DNA of 16,377 nucleotides from a virus (IMGVR_UViG_2713896900_000010), one strand, 5' to 3'; numbered from the stretch's first letter, positions 1 to 7,789 are shown. Made by a program: numbers and translations. Notes: a model not told the origin generated them from the sequence alone.

Positions 1-348
1 CTACTGCATACGGCGCTGTTGCTGCTTTTCTGTATGCACGCGTTTTACTATCTTATAAATCCATTGCAGCGTCAGATTATATTTCTTCGCTAATTCGGCG
101 TAGTTGCGCCCATCGCACTCGCTATAGATTTGATAGTCCCGCTCCGAGGCTCGCCTGGCGATTCCTTTTGGAAAATAAATGCTTTGTCCGCCCCAGTTTC
201 GCATCATGCGATCGGCAATGGCATAGCCAACATTTTCCGCAGATGAGCTATCCAGATTGATGCTCTCAATCAGAACTTGCGAAGCATGAAACGCCAAATC
301 GTTAATGATCTCCGGTGTCCGGGTCATCTCTTTTGCTTTTTGTATCAT
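1..348 (-). CDS. Mor/C-family transcriptional activator (115 aa)
   Basis: Complete minus-strand ORF (ATG at 348-346, stop at 3-1) with GGAG 7 nt upstream of the start. The C-terminal half (GGQSIYFPKG...DGRNYAELAKKYNLTLQWIYKIVKR) follows the conserved HTH region pattern I recall for phage Mu Mor/C activators (GGxxxYIPxG...NGRNxxEL...Y...T...YK). Recalled similarity, not a database hit. Confidence 0.75.
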   Translation of the reverse strand: MIQKAKEMTRTPEIINDLAFHASQVLIESINLDSSSAENVGYAIADRMMRNWGGQSIYFPKGIARRASERDYQIYSECDGRNYAELAKKYNLTLQWIYKIVKRVHTEKQQQRRMQ

Positions 349-903
349 TTTTCATCTCCATATATCTTGCACCCTGTATGGACTCTGATGTGAGTTACAC
401 CACGGATATCCGCTAAGTTGGTGCAATTACTGCTTTTCAATACATTCAACACGCAAATAAATAATCACAATGTATATGCAATAAAAATTAAAACGAATTA
501 TAAATTCACAAAACAAATATATTATTTTCATTACATGTCTTATCAACAGGAGTGCCATTTTACACGATACTGTATACATATACAGTGCTATTTATCATTT
601 TTATCGCCTACTTTTCAAAAAGCTCGTTTCCCTCACAGTCGAGGATTTTTTTAAACAAACTTTAAAAATCAAATAAGTAACGACCATGATTGCAATATGT
701 CATCCCCTTCATTACACATAACGCAGGATTTATCTAACTGGCAGCCATTTTATCCTTAGTTCTCTATTTTGAGTTGGGAGATTAATTGGCGAACATGTTA
801 ATTCGAAGAGAACACATTTTTTAAAGTTATTTATTAAAGCTTTTTTCATTCTTCAGCAAAGAGATAAGCAGACACTGGTATCTCACTTATCAGGAGATAT
901 CGT
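349..903. promoter_or_regulatory. AT-rich divergent intergenic control region between the activator gene and the lysis/tail genes
   Basis: 555 bp at roughly 30% GC versus about 50-55% in flanking genes; many A/T tracts. The only ORF here (418-654) has no RBS and a low-complexity product. Contains the LexA-box-like palindrome at 568-587. Confidence 0.5.
568..587. promoter_or_regulatory. LexA (SOS) box-like operator
   Basis: TACTGTATACATATACAGTG matches the enterobacterial SOS box consensus TACTGT(AT)4ACAGTA at 18 of 20 positions, including both CTGT and ACAG half-sites with exact 8 bp spacing; the arms ACTGTATA/TATACAGT are a perfect inverted repeat. Which promoter it controls cannot be resolved from sequence alone. 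Confidence 0.6.
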
Positions 904-1191
904 ATGAAAAAAATCACTTTTCCCCGTCTTTCCGGTTGGCTGGCTGCAGCCATTGCTCTGATTGCATTGATCGGCTGGACATCTTCAGCACAAATTCCGG
1001 TCGTCATTTATAAACTAAGCCTGGTTTCACTTTCCGCAGTGCTGGGATACTGGCTCGATCGTAGTTTGTTCCCCTGGGCACGGCCTGACTTTTTTTGCCC
1101 CAGGAAGGAACCGCGTTGCTACGCAGCGGCAATGATTCGTCGCGCCATCATCGTGGCTGCAGTCTGCCTTTCCGTCGCGTTAGGGCTATAG
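904..1191 (+). CDS. Putative holin / lysis membrane protein (95 aa, about 3 predicted transmembrane segments)
   Basis: AGGAG 7 nt upstream of ATG; MKK start; three hydrophobic stretches (WLAAAIALIALIGW, IPVVIYKLSLVSLSAVLGYWL, AIIVAAVCLSVALGL); its stop overlaps the start of the downstream endolysin (TAGTGATG). Function inferred from size, topology and position. Confidence 0.5.
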   Translation: MKKITFPRLSGWLAAAIALIALIGWTSSAQIPVVIYKLSLVSLSAVLGYWLDRSLFPWARPDFFCPRKEPRCYAAAMIRRAIIVAAVCLSVALGL

Positions 1192-1193
1192 TG

Positions 1194-1799
1194 ATGTGGC
1201 TAAAATATATCGCGCCTATGATTATTTTCGTTCTTTTCCCGCTTAACGCGTCTGAACCACCACAAGCCTCTCTGGCATGGAGAAATGAATTGATTCGTAC
1301 CGCCCGAGAAGTCTGGGGACTGAACGCTCCGGTGGCTGACTTTGCCGGGCAATTACACCAGGAGTCCGCCTGGCAGCCAATGGTACGTTCCCCCGTTGGC
1401 GCACAAGGTATGGCGCAATTTATGCCTGCCACAGCGACATGGATAAGCCAACTGTATCCACAGCTACATGAAAACAAACCGTATAACCCAACCTGGGCAA
1501 TCCGGGCGTTGGTACAGTACGACCAGCATTTATGGAACAACATCTCTGCAAAAAATGATTGTCAACGTATGGCGTTTACTCTAAGCGCCTATAACGGTGG
1601 TCAGGGTTGGATTAACCGGGATAAAAAACTGGCGACAACAAAAGGGTTAAATGCCGCCATCTGGTTTGGTCATGTTGAGCAAGTCAACGCCGGGCGCAGC
1701 GCCGCAAACTGGCGAGAAAATCGTCACTATCCGAAGATGATTCTCTATCAACACGCCGCCCGCTACTTACTCTGGGGACAGGCAAGCTGTCTTCACTAA
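1194..1799 (+). CDS. Endolysin, soluble lytic transglycosylase (SLT domain) with N-terminal signal peptide or SAR domain (201 aa)
   Basis: Contains hallmark SLT motifs (catalytic-Glu context LHQESAWQP; GMAQFMPATA; AYNGG). The ORF track extends it to 1095, but the ATG at 1194 is coupled to the upstream stop, has AGGG upstream, and is followed by a hydrophobic N-terminus (MWLKYIAPMIIFVLFPLNA|SEPP). Confidence 0.8.
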   Translation: MWLKYIAPMIIFVLFPLNASEPPQASLAWRNELIRTAREVWGLNAPVADFAGQLHQESAWQPMVRSPVGAQGMAQFMPATATWISQLYPQLHENKPYNPTWAIRALVQYDQHLWNNISAKNDCQRMAFTLSAYNGGQGWINRDKKLATTKGLNAAIWFGHVEQVNAGRSAANWRENRHYPKMILYQHAARYLLWGQASCLH

Positions 1800-1811
1800 T
1801 CAGAGGGGCCG

Positions 1812-2126
1812 ATGAAACTCAGTATCGATTTTTGGGAAGTGATCTCCTTTATGCTTTCATTCGTTGGATTAATGTTTGCTGCCGGAAAATTGCTGTTAGC
1901 GCAAATTGAAAAAAGACTTAATGAGCGTTTTGAGTCCCTGGAAAATGCCCGCAGGGAATCAGAAACAAGCTGGTCGAAACTGGAAAGAGAATTTCTCGAA
2001 TTTCGTGCCGAACTTCCACTGTATTATGTCCGCAGAGAGGATTATCTTCGTGGACAAGCAGTATTAGAAGCAAAGCTGGATGCCTTATATAGCAAAATAG
2101 AGTTATTACAACGTGGCAGTTATTAA
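1812..2126 (+). CDS. Lysis-cassette accessory protein; N-terminal transmembrane anchor plus coiled coil (i-spanin-like or releasin-like), 104 aa
   Basis: GAGGGG RBS 4-9 nt upstream; one N-terminal hydrophobic helix (VISFMLSFVGLMFAAGKLLL) followed by a charged heptad-like region; position immediately after the endolysin. Function is an inference. Confidence 0.45.
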   Translation: MKLSIDFWEVISFMLSFVGLMFAAGKLLLAQIEKRLNERFESLENARRESETSWSKLEREFLEFRAELPLYYVRREDYLRGQAVLEAKLDALYSKIELLQRGSY

Positions 2127-2130
2127 ATAC

Positions 2131-2165
2131 ATCCCCACCTTTACGTAAGTGTGGGGATTTTTTAT
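2131..2165 (+). terminator. Rho-independent terminator after the lysis cassette
   Basis: Inverted repeat ATCCCCAC (2131-2138) / GTGGGGAT (2151-2158) followed by a run of six T (2158-2163), 5 nt after the stop codon of the 1812-2126 gene. Confidence 0.6.
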
Positions 2166-2272
2166 AACCATTCAATTTTTTCTCTAAATCACATTAAAAG
2201 ATTCTTCACTCTCACTGCTTCAGAATACATTTCAACGATAACGAAGTGAGCGGTAATTAAGGTACACCTCAT

Positions 2273-2728
2273 ATGAAAATTTTATCTGTAATGAATTATG
2301 TCGTGGTCAGATTACGTGATCGGCATCCTGAAATGGACATATTCATTTCATCTACGGATGCCCAAAAATATATTCCACAGACACAACAGATTACGGTGAT
2401 TATTAATTATAGCGGTTCTGTCTTCACCACGCCCGAAAGTAGTGATGCCATTGTACAACAGCAAATACTCCGCTTAACCGCCACCGTTATTGTTGGCAAA
2501 AATTGTGATGCGTTAAACGCACTTGATCACATACGCAGCGCATTGGGAGGCCTTCAGCCTCCTGATTGCGATCATCTTATTTGGCTTGAAAAAGAAATTA
2601 ATACGGGTGAGAGCGACGGTTTCTGCCGCTACATCCTGGAAATGGCGACCAGCTCGCTGTTTATCGCTGAACAGGACAGCACGGATCTTCCCCTGCTTAC
2701 TGAAGTTAATTACGAGGAAACTGAATGA
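2273..2728 (+). CDS. Hypothetical protein at the head-proximal end of the tail operon (151 aa); possible tail completion / sheath terminator-type protein
   Basis: ATG with AAGG upstream; first gene after the terminator; stop overlaps the next start (ATGA); occupies the position held by small tail-completion genes upstream of the sheath in Mu-type clusters. No motif recognised. Confidence 0.45.
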   Translation: MKILSVMNYVVVRLRDRHPEMDIFISSTDAQKYIPQTQQITVIINYSGSVFTTPESSDAIVQQQILRLTATVIVGKNCDALNALDHIRSALGGLQPPDCDHLIWLEKEINTGESDGFCRYILEMATSSLFIAEQDSTDLPLLTEVNYEETE

Positions 2729-2922
2729 AATATATCTACAACGGTCCGGCAAGCGGCGTCACCCTTGCCGACGGTCAAGAAATCTTATTATGGCCGAACA
2801 GTGAAATTGATCTGCCAGAAGACAATGAGTGGGTTATGACCATGATTGCCCGAAATCACTTGATTCTCATCATTCCCCAGGAAGAACAAAATAACGTAGA
2901 GGAAATTGTACATGGCAGCTAA
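2725..2922 (+). CDS. Small hypothetical protein (65 aa), translationally coupled between the upstream ORF and the sheath gene
   Basis: GAGGAAA RBS, ATGA overlap with the upstream stop, and its own stop overlaps the sheath start region. No recognisable motif. Confidence 0.4.
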   Translation: MKYIYNGPASGVTLADGQEILLWPNSEIDLPEDNEWVMTMIARNHLILIIPQEEQNNVEEIVHGS

Positions 2923-4333
2923 TTATCTGCACGGTGTAGAAACCATTGAAATTGAAACCGGCCCGCGTCCGGTAAAAGCAGTAAAATCTGCTGTAATCGC
3001 TTTAATCGGTACCGCTCCCTGTGGCCCGGTAAACCAACCGACGCTGTGCCTTTCTGAAAGTGACGCGGCACAGTTTGGATCGACTCAGGCTAACTTTACG
3101 ATCCCGCAGGCGCTGAAGGCGATTTATGATCACGGTGCCGGTACAGTGGTGGTAATTAATGTGCTGGATCCAGTAAAACATGGACTACACATTACCAATG
3201 AAACCATTACGTTCAATAGTGACGATAAAGCTAAATTAACTCATCCGGGGGTAAGTTCGGTAACGCTAAGAGCAAGTATCAGTTCCACTACATACAAAAA
3301 TACATCATACAGCGTTAATGCCGCTGACGGCGTTATTACCCGTACAGGAACTGAAATTGCGGCAGGAGCAAAGGTTTACGCGACTTATACCTATGTTGAC
3401 CCTACAAAGGTCACCGCAGCCGATATTATCGGGGCCGTTAATACCGCAGGCGATCGCACGGGGATGAGGCTCCTTCAGGACACTTATAACTTGTATGGTT
3501 TCTACGCCAAAATTCTGCTGGCACCCGTTTTTTGTACGCAAAAATCAGTGACTACCGAGCTGATTGCACAAGCGGAAAAACTCGGTGCGATTACCTACAT
3601 TGATGCCCCAATTGGGACTACATTCCAGCAGGTATTGGCTGGACGCGGTTCGCAAGGCGCAATCAACTTCAATACCAGCTCTGATCGTGCACGTTTATGC
3701 TACCCACACGTCAAAGTTTACGATGGCATCACTAACCAGGAAATTCTTGAACCTCTCTCTTCGCGCGCTGCCGGGCTACGTGCCAAAGTAGACCTCGAAA
3801 AAGGTTTCTGGTGGAGCAACTCAAACCAGGAAATTCAGGGTATTACCGGTATCGAACGTTCGCTTTCCGCAATGATTGATGATCCACAAAGCGAAGTGAA
3901 TCAGCTCAACGAAAACGGTATTACCACTATTTTCAATAGTTATGGTTCTGGTCTGCGCCTGTGGGGCAACCGCACAGCGGCATGGCCAACCGTGACTCAT
4001 ATGCGTAACTTTGAAAACGTTCGCCGGACAGGCGATGTAATTAATGAGTCAATCCGTTATTTCAGTCAACAGTATATTGATATGCCGATCAATCAGGCAC
4101 TGATTGACGCGCTGACCGAATCGGTAAATACCTGGGGCCGAAAACTGATTGCCGACGGCGCACTGCTTGGCTTTGAGTGCTGGTACGATCCGGCGCGAAA
4201 TTCACCGGCTGAACTCAGTGCCGGGCATTTATTGCTCAGCTATAAATTTACCCCACCGCCGCCGCTGGAACGTCTGACGTTTGAAACTGAAATTACCTCT
4301 GAATATTTAGTCTCTCTGGAGAGCAATCGCTAA
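2912..4333 (+). CDS. Contractile tail sheath protein (Mu L / P2 FI-like), about 473 aa
   Basis: Size and position immediately upstream of the tube gene; overall sequence character typical of myovirus sheath proteins. Preferred start is the ATG at 2912 (GAGGAAA 7 nt upstream) rather than the TTG at 2906 reported by the ORF track. Confidence 0.85.
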   Translation: MAANYLHGVETIEIETGPRPVKAVKSAVIALIGTAPCGPVNQPTLCLSESDAAQFGSTQANFTIPQALKAIYDHGAGTVVVINVLDPVKHGLHITNETITFNSDDKAKLTHPGVSSVTLRASISSTTYKNTSYSVNAADGVITRTGTEIAAGAKVYATYTYVDPTKVTAADIIGAVNTAGDRTGMRLLQDTYNLYGFYAKILLAPVFCTQKSVTTELIAQAEKLGAITYIDAPIGTTFQQVLAGRGSQGAINFNTSSDRARLCYPHVKVYDGITNQEILEPLSSRAAGLRAKVDLEKGFWWSNSNQEIQGITGIERSLSAMIDDPQSEVNQLNENGITTIFNSYGSGLRLWGNRTAAWPTVTHMRNFENVRRTGDVINESIRYFSQQYIDMPINQALIDALTESVNTWGRKLIADGALLGFECWYDPARNSPAELSAGHLLLSYKFTPPPPLERLTFETEITSEYLVSLESNR

Positions 4334-4857
4334 TGGCTGGAAAAATTCAAATTAACCGTATTACCAACGCCAATATTTATCTCGATGGTAATAATCTTTT
4401 AGGCCGTGCAACAGAAATTAAATTGCCAGATGTCAGTTTAATTATGCAGGAACATAAAGCACTGGGCATGGTGGGTAAAATAGAACTCCCGGCTGGTTTC
4501 GATAAACTGGAGGGGGAAATTAAATGGAACTCCTTTTACCAGGACGTAATGCGTAAAACGGCAAACCCGTGGCAGGCTGTAGCATTACAGTGTCGCTCCA
4601 GTATCGATTGTTATAACTCTCAGGGGAAAGCGAATCAATTAGCGTTAGTCACACATTTAACCGTGATGTTTAAAAAAAATCCACTGGGCACATTTAAACA
4701 GAATGAAAACCCGGAATTCAGCAGCGCCTTTGGCTGCACTTATATTAAACAAGTAGTCGATGGTGAAACGCTGCTTGAACTGGATTATATGGCGAATATT
4801 TTCCGCGTTAACGGCGTGGATCAATTAAGTACCTATCGCAATAACATCGGTGGCTAA
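4333..4857 (+). CDS. Tail tube protein (Mu M / P2 FII-like), 174 aa
   Basis: TAATG stop/start overlap with the sheath gene; size and position canonical for a tube protein following the sheath. Confidence 0.8.
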   Translation: MAGKIQINRITNANIYLDGNNLLGRATEIKLPDVSLIMQEHKALGMVGKIELPAGFDKLEGEIKWNSFYQDVMRKTANPWQAVALQCRSSIDCYNSQGKANQLALVTHLTVMFKKNPLGTFKQNENPEFSSAFGCTYIKQVVDGETLLELDYMANIFRVNGVDQLSTYRNNIGG

Positions 4858-4861
4858 GTTA

Positions 4862-4881
4862 TTCGGGGCTACGGCCCCGAA
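4862..4881 (+). other. Intercistronic stem-loop between the tube and chaperone genes
   Basis: Perfect 8 bp GC-rich stem TTCGGGGC / GCCCCGAA with a 4 nt loop (TACG), 5 nt after the tube stop codon; no following U-tract, so more likely an mRNA-stability or attenuation element than a full terminator. Confidence 0.5.
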
Positions 4882-4907
4882 CTCCGAAAAATAAATAAGG
4901 ATACAAA

Positions 4908-5225
4908 ATGAAAGAGCATTATATCTTACAGTTTCCCTTTACGTCGGCAGCAGGAAATAATATCGACACGCTACAATTACGTCGCCTGAAAGTCAAAGAT
5001 ATGCGTAATGCACGCCGGGTCAGCGAAAAGCCGGAAGAATGGGATGAACCGCTAATGGCAGCGATGACCGGGCTGGTACCAGAAGATTTAGCTGAAATGG
5101 ATTTGCTGGATTACCAGGCGTTGCAGAAACGATTTCAATCCATGCTTACCGTGGCTACAGAATCCCCCCTTGCTATGGCAGGCAATGGCGCTACTGGCGA
5201 GATGGTTTCGCTTTCCACCCAGTGA
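4908..5225 (+). CDS. Tail assembly chaperone, P2 gpE-like (105 aa)
   Basis: AAGGAT RBS; size and position between tube and tape measure; residue pattern resembles P2 gpE as I recall it. A possible frameshift extension is described in the findings. Confidence 0.6.
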   Translation: MKEHYILQFPFTSAAGNNIDTLQLRRLKVKDMRNARRVSEKPEEWDEPLMAAMTGLVPEDLAEMDLLDYQALQKRFQSMLTVATESPLAMAGNGATGEMVSLSTQ

Positions 5226-5300
5226 GATTGACTCGCTCACGATAGATGACTTTAGTCACTGGCTGGATGAAGCCAGCGCTCAAATAAAAATCGAATATGA

Positions 5301-5323
5301 CTCGCAGACCTGATGTCTGCGAG
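5301..5323 (+). other. Stem-loop in the chaperone to tape-measure spacer
   Basis: Perfect 9 bp inverted repeat CTCGCAGAC / GTCTGCGAG with a 5 nt loop (CTGAT), followed by TTCTTC; the loop contains the stop codon of the +1-frame extension ORF. Confidence 0.45.
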
Positions 5324-5413
5324 TTCTTCAAAGCTCGCCAGGTTTATTTCTTCCCAGCCCATTTTTCAGAAAACTAACCAGCGGGCCATCACCAATCTAT
5401 AAGAGAAACAATT

Positions 5414-7789
5414 TTGGCCAACGATATTATTACCCAGCTTCAGACGCGTAATGAGACGTTGACGCAGGCAATAGCCCGTTACGGCTCACTCAACGCCAGA
5501 ACATTGTTAGCACTCTCTTCTCAGCAAGCGGCAGTAATCAAACTAACGCAGCAACTTGCCGATTCCGCTCTCCGCCTGGAGGAAAATAGCCGAAACCGCG
5601 CTGATCTGATGGAGAAAACCCAAACATTTGCCGGGCAATTTAGCAAAGTATTCAATGTTGAAATCCTTGACTGGAAGTTGCCGTATGAGTTTCAGGACAA
5701 CATGGTCAATTTGGCGACCAAAGGTGGGATGAATGATACAACCCGCGAGACACTCAGCCTTAATCTGCGCGACTGGAGCATGGATTTTAACCAGCAGCAG
5801 ACCACCTTACAGAACGCAGCCCAGGTGCTAATCGAAGGTAATTTGTCGTCGATGCAGGATCTCAACCGTTATATGCCGGAGATCGCCAAAGCGGCCACCA
5901 CCACGCGCGAAAGTGCTGAAACATGGGCGAATGCCGCGCTCGCGACTCATGATCGACTGAATATTGCGCCAGAAAATTTCCACGCCGCGCAAAACATGAT
6001 GTACGGCATTAGCAAAAACGGTGGGCCTACCGTTGCCGGGCAAACACAGTGGATAGACAAATTTGCAGTTAAAACTGGCGCACAGGGTTTAGAAGGTATG
6101 GCTGAACTGACCGCCACAATGCAGATCGCAATGAAAAATGGTGCCAGCGCCAGTGTGGCGGCGGAGAATTTCGACCACTTTCTGCAAACCATCTTTTCGA
6201 AAAAAACCGATAACTGGTTCGTCAGCCAGGGCGTCGATCTGCAAGGCTCTCTGCTTGAACATCAGCAAAACGGCATGGGTGTTAGCGAAGCCATGATTCA
6301 TATCGTGCAAACGCAACTTGAGAAGATGAATCCGGCGATCCTCGACACCTTCAAACGCACCATGCAAATTGAAGATTTATCTGCTCGCAGCAACGCACTG
6401 CAATCGATAGTGACGCAATTTAATCTGGGCGAAATGTTCGGCGATGCGCAAACAGTGGAATTCCTGGCACCTGCGCTGGCGAATATGGAAGAGTATCGCC
6501 AGTTAAAAGCCTCCGCCATGCAAGACAGCGGTAAGAATCTGATTGACAACGATTTTTCTGTGCAGATGGCCTCGCCCATTGAACAAACTAAAACGTTACA
6601 ACTGGCGTTAAATGATTTATGGCTCAGCATTGGCTTGCAATTAATGCCGCTGATTGGCGAGTTGGCGCAAAGCCTTACTCCGGTGATTCGCCAGTTCAGC
6701 GCCTGGCTACGTGAACACCCGGCGCTGGTGCAAAACATTGCGAAAATCGTCGGAGCGATTTGGCTGTTTAACGGCGCACTGAATGTTTTAAAGCTGGGCG
6801 CGAACGTCATCGCCTCGCCGTTTATTCGTCTGGTCGATATCTTCCTGAAAGTCAGGGCAAGTCTGACGCTCACAGGCGCGGCAAGTAAGATGCTATCAGC
6901 GGTTAAGTCATTATATAACGGCGCAAAATGGCTAACGCAACTGCTTGGCCGTGGCCTGATTGGCGCATTGAAACTGGCAGGTCAGACCGTCTTCTGGTTG
7001 GGTAGAGTTTTATTGATGAATCCCATTGGTCTGGTCATCACCGCGATTGCGGGCGCTGCTTATCTGATCTATCGCCACTGGGAACCTATCTCCAGATTCT
7101 TTTCCGCCATCTGGCAACGTATCACCACGGCCTTTGACGGCGGCATTGCAGGGATTTGCCGGTTAATTCTCGACTGGTCGCCGCTGGAGTTGTTCTACAG
7201 CGCCTTTTCCAGTGTGATGAATTGGTTTGGTGTCGAGATGCCTGCAAGTTTTAGCGAGTTCGGCAGCAATCTTCTGGGCAGTCTGGTTGACGGCATAATG
7301 AATGCTTTCCCCGCTCTGAAAGGCATTATTGATCAGGTCAAAAACGCCTTACCGGACTGGCTAAAAACCACGATGGGTATTAGCACAGAAGGATCGGCTA
7401 CGGCTGTTACAAGCACGACGAATACCGCATCAATCTCCCCCACAACCGTTGTTCCAGGCGTTGCCGGAGCGATTTTAACGCCTCCTGTGGGCAAACAACT
7501 CGCGCCATCCAGTAAAACGACAACGTCGCCATCGACACCAGCGGCAAAAAATACAGCCGCCAAACCCGCATCGGCCTCTTTACCTGGTAAATCTGTAACC
7601 AAACCGGCGACGCTCCCCTCCCGTTCCTCTGGAAAAGTTCAGGTGAATTTTTCGCCACAAATTACCGTGCAGAGTAACGGACAAAACACCACTAAAGACA
7701 TTCAGAACGTGTTGACGATAAGTAAACGCGAACTGGAAAGAATGATTAACGACGTAATGGCGCAACAACAGCGCCGGGGGTATGCCTGA
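5414..7789 (+). CDS. Tail tape measure protein (791 aa)
   Basis: Largest gene of the cluster, directly after the chaperone; coiled-coil-rich N-terminal half, hydrophobic segments in the middle/C-terminal part, Ser/Thr/Pro/Ala-rich tract near the C-terminus. The first in-frame start after the upstream stop is a TTG at 5414 with a weak AAGAG motif upstream. Confidence 0.85.
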   Translation: MANDIITQLQTRNETLTQAIARYGSLNARTLLALSSQQAAVIKLTQQLADSALRLEENSRNRADLMEKTQTFAGQFSKVFNVEILDWKLPYEFQDNMVNLATKGGMNDTTRETLSLNLRDWSMDFNQQQTTLQNAAQVLIEGNLSSMQDLNRYMPEIAKAATTTRESAETWANAALATHDRLNIAPENFHAAQNMMYGISKNGGPTVAGQTQWIDKFAVKTGAQGLEGMAELTATMQIAMKNGASASVAAENFDHFLQTIFSKKTDNWFVSQGVDLQGSLLEHQQNGMGVSEAMIHIVQTQLEKMNPAILDTFKRTMQIEDLSARSNALQSIVTQFNLGEMFGDAQTVEFLAPALANMEEYRQLKASAMQDSGKNLIDNDFSVQMASPIEQTKTLQLALNDLWLSIGLQLMPLIGELAQSLTPVIRQFSAWLREHPALVQNIAKIVGAIWLFNGALNVLKLGANVIASPFIRLVDIFLKVRASLTLTGAASKMLSAVKSLYNGAKWLTQLLGRGLIGALKLAGQTVFWLGRVLLMNPIGLVITAIAGAAYLIYRHWEPISRFFSAIWQRITTAFDGGIAGICRLILDWSPLELFYSAFSSVMNWFGVEMPASFSEFGSNLLGSLVDGIMNAFPALKGIIDQVKNALPDWLKTTMGISTEGSATAVTSTTNTASISPTTVVPGVAGAILTPPVGKQLAPSSKTTTSPSTPAAKNTAAKPASASLPGKSVTKPATLPSRSSGKVQVNFSPQITVQSNGQNTTKDIQNVLTISKRELERMINDVMAQQQRRGYA

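Noticed and set aside
418-654. 78 aa plus-strand ORF inside the AT-rich intergenic region
   Set aside because: No ribosome-binding site, extreme AT bias, low-complexity Asn/Tyr/Phe-rich product, and it overlaps the LexA-box region; most likely a chance ORF in regulatory DNA.
1095-1193. N-terminal extension of the endolysin ORF (start at 1095 as in the ORF track)
   Set aside because: The extension overlaps the 3' end of the holin-like gene in another frame and encodes an Arg/Ser/His-rich non-protein-like peptide; the ATG at 1194 is coupled to the upstream stop and begins a signal-peptide-like sequence, so it is the preferred start.
1148-1543. 131 aa minus-strand ORF overlapping the endolysin gene
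   Set aside because: Antisense to a gene with clear SLT catalytic motifs; Cys-rich improbable product; shadow ORF.
1812-2272. Embedded or downstream o-spanin (outer-membrane lipoprotein) gene
   Set aside because: Translating the two alternate plus frames across the 3' end of the 104 aa gene gave no Met-initiated peptide with a lipobox; the spacer to the terminator is too short for a separate gene.
4908-5225. Classical -1 frameshift slippery heptamer (X_XXY_YYZ) in the chaperone gene
   Set aside because: No such heptamer in frame in the 3' half of the gene, and the -1 frame closes quickly; the C6 tract with an open +1 frame is reported instead as a hypothesis.
5828-6873. Four minus-strand ORFs (71-191 aa) inside the tape-measure gene
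   Set aside because: Entirely antisense to a long, well-supported coding region, with no RBS and odd composition; typical shadow ORFs.
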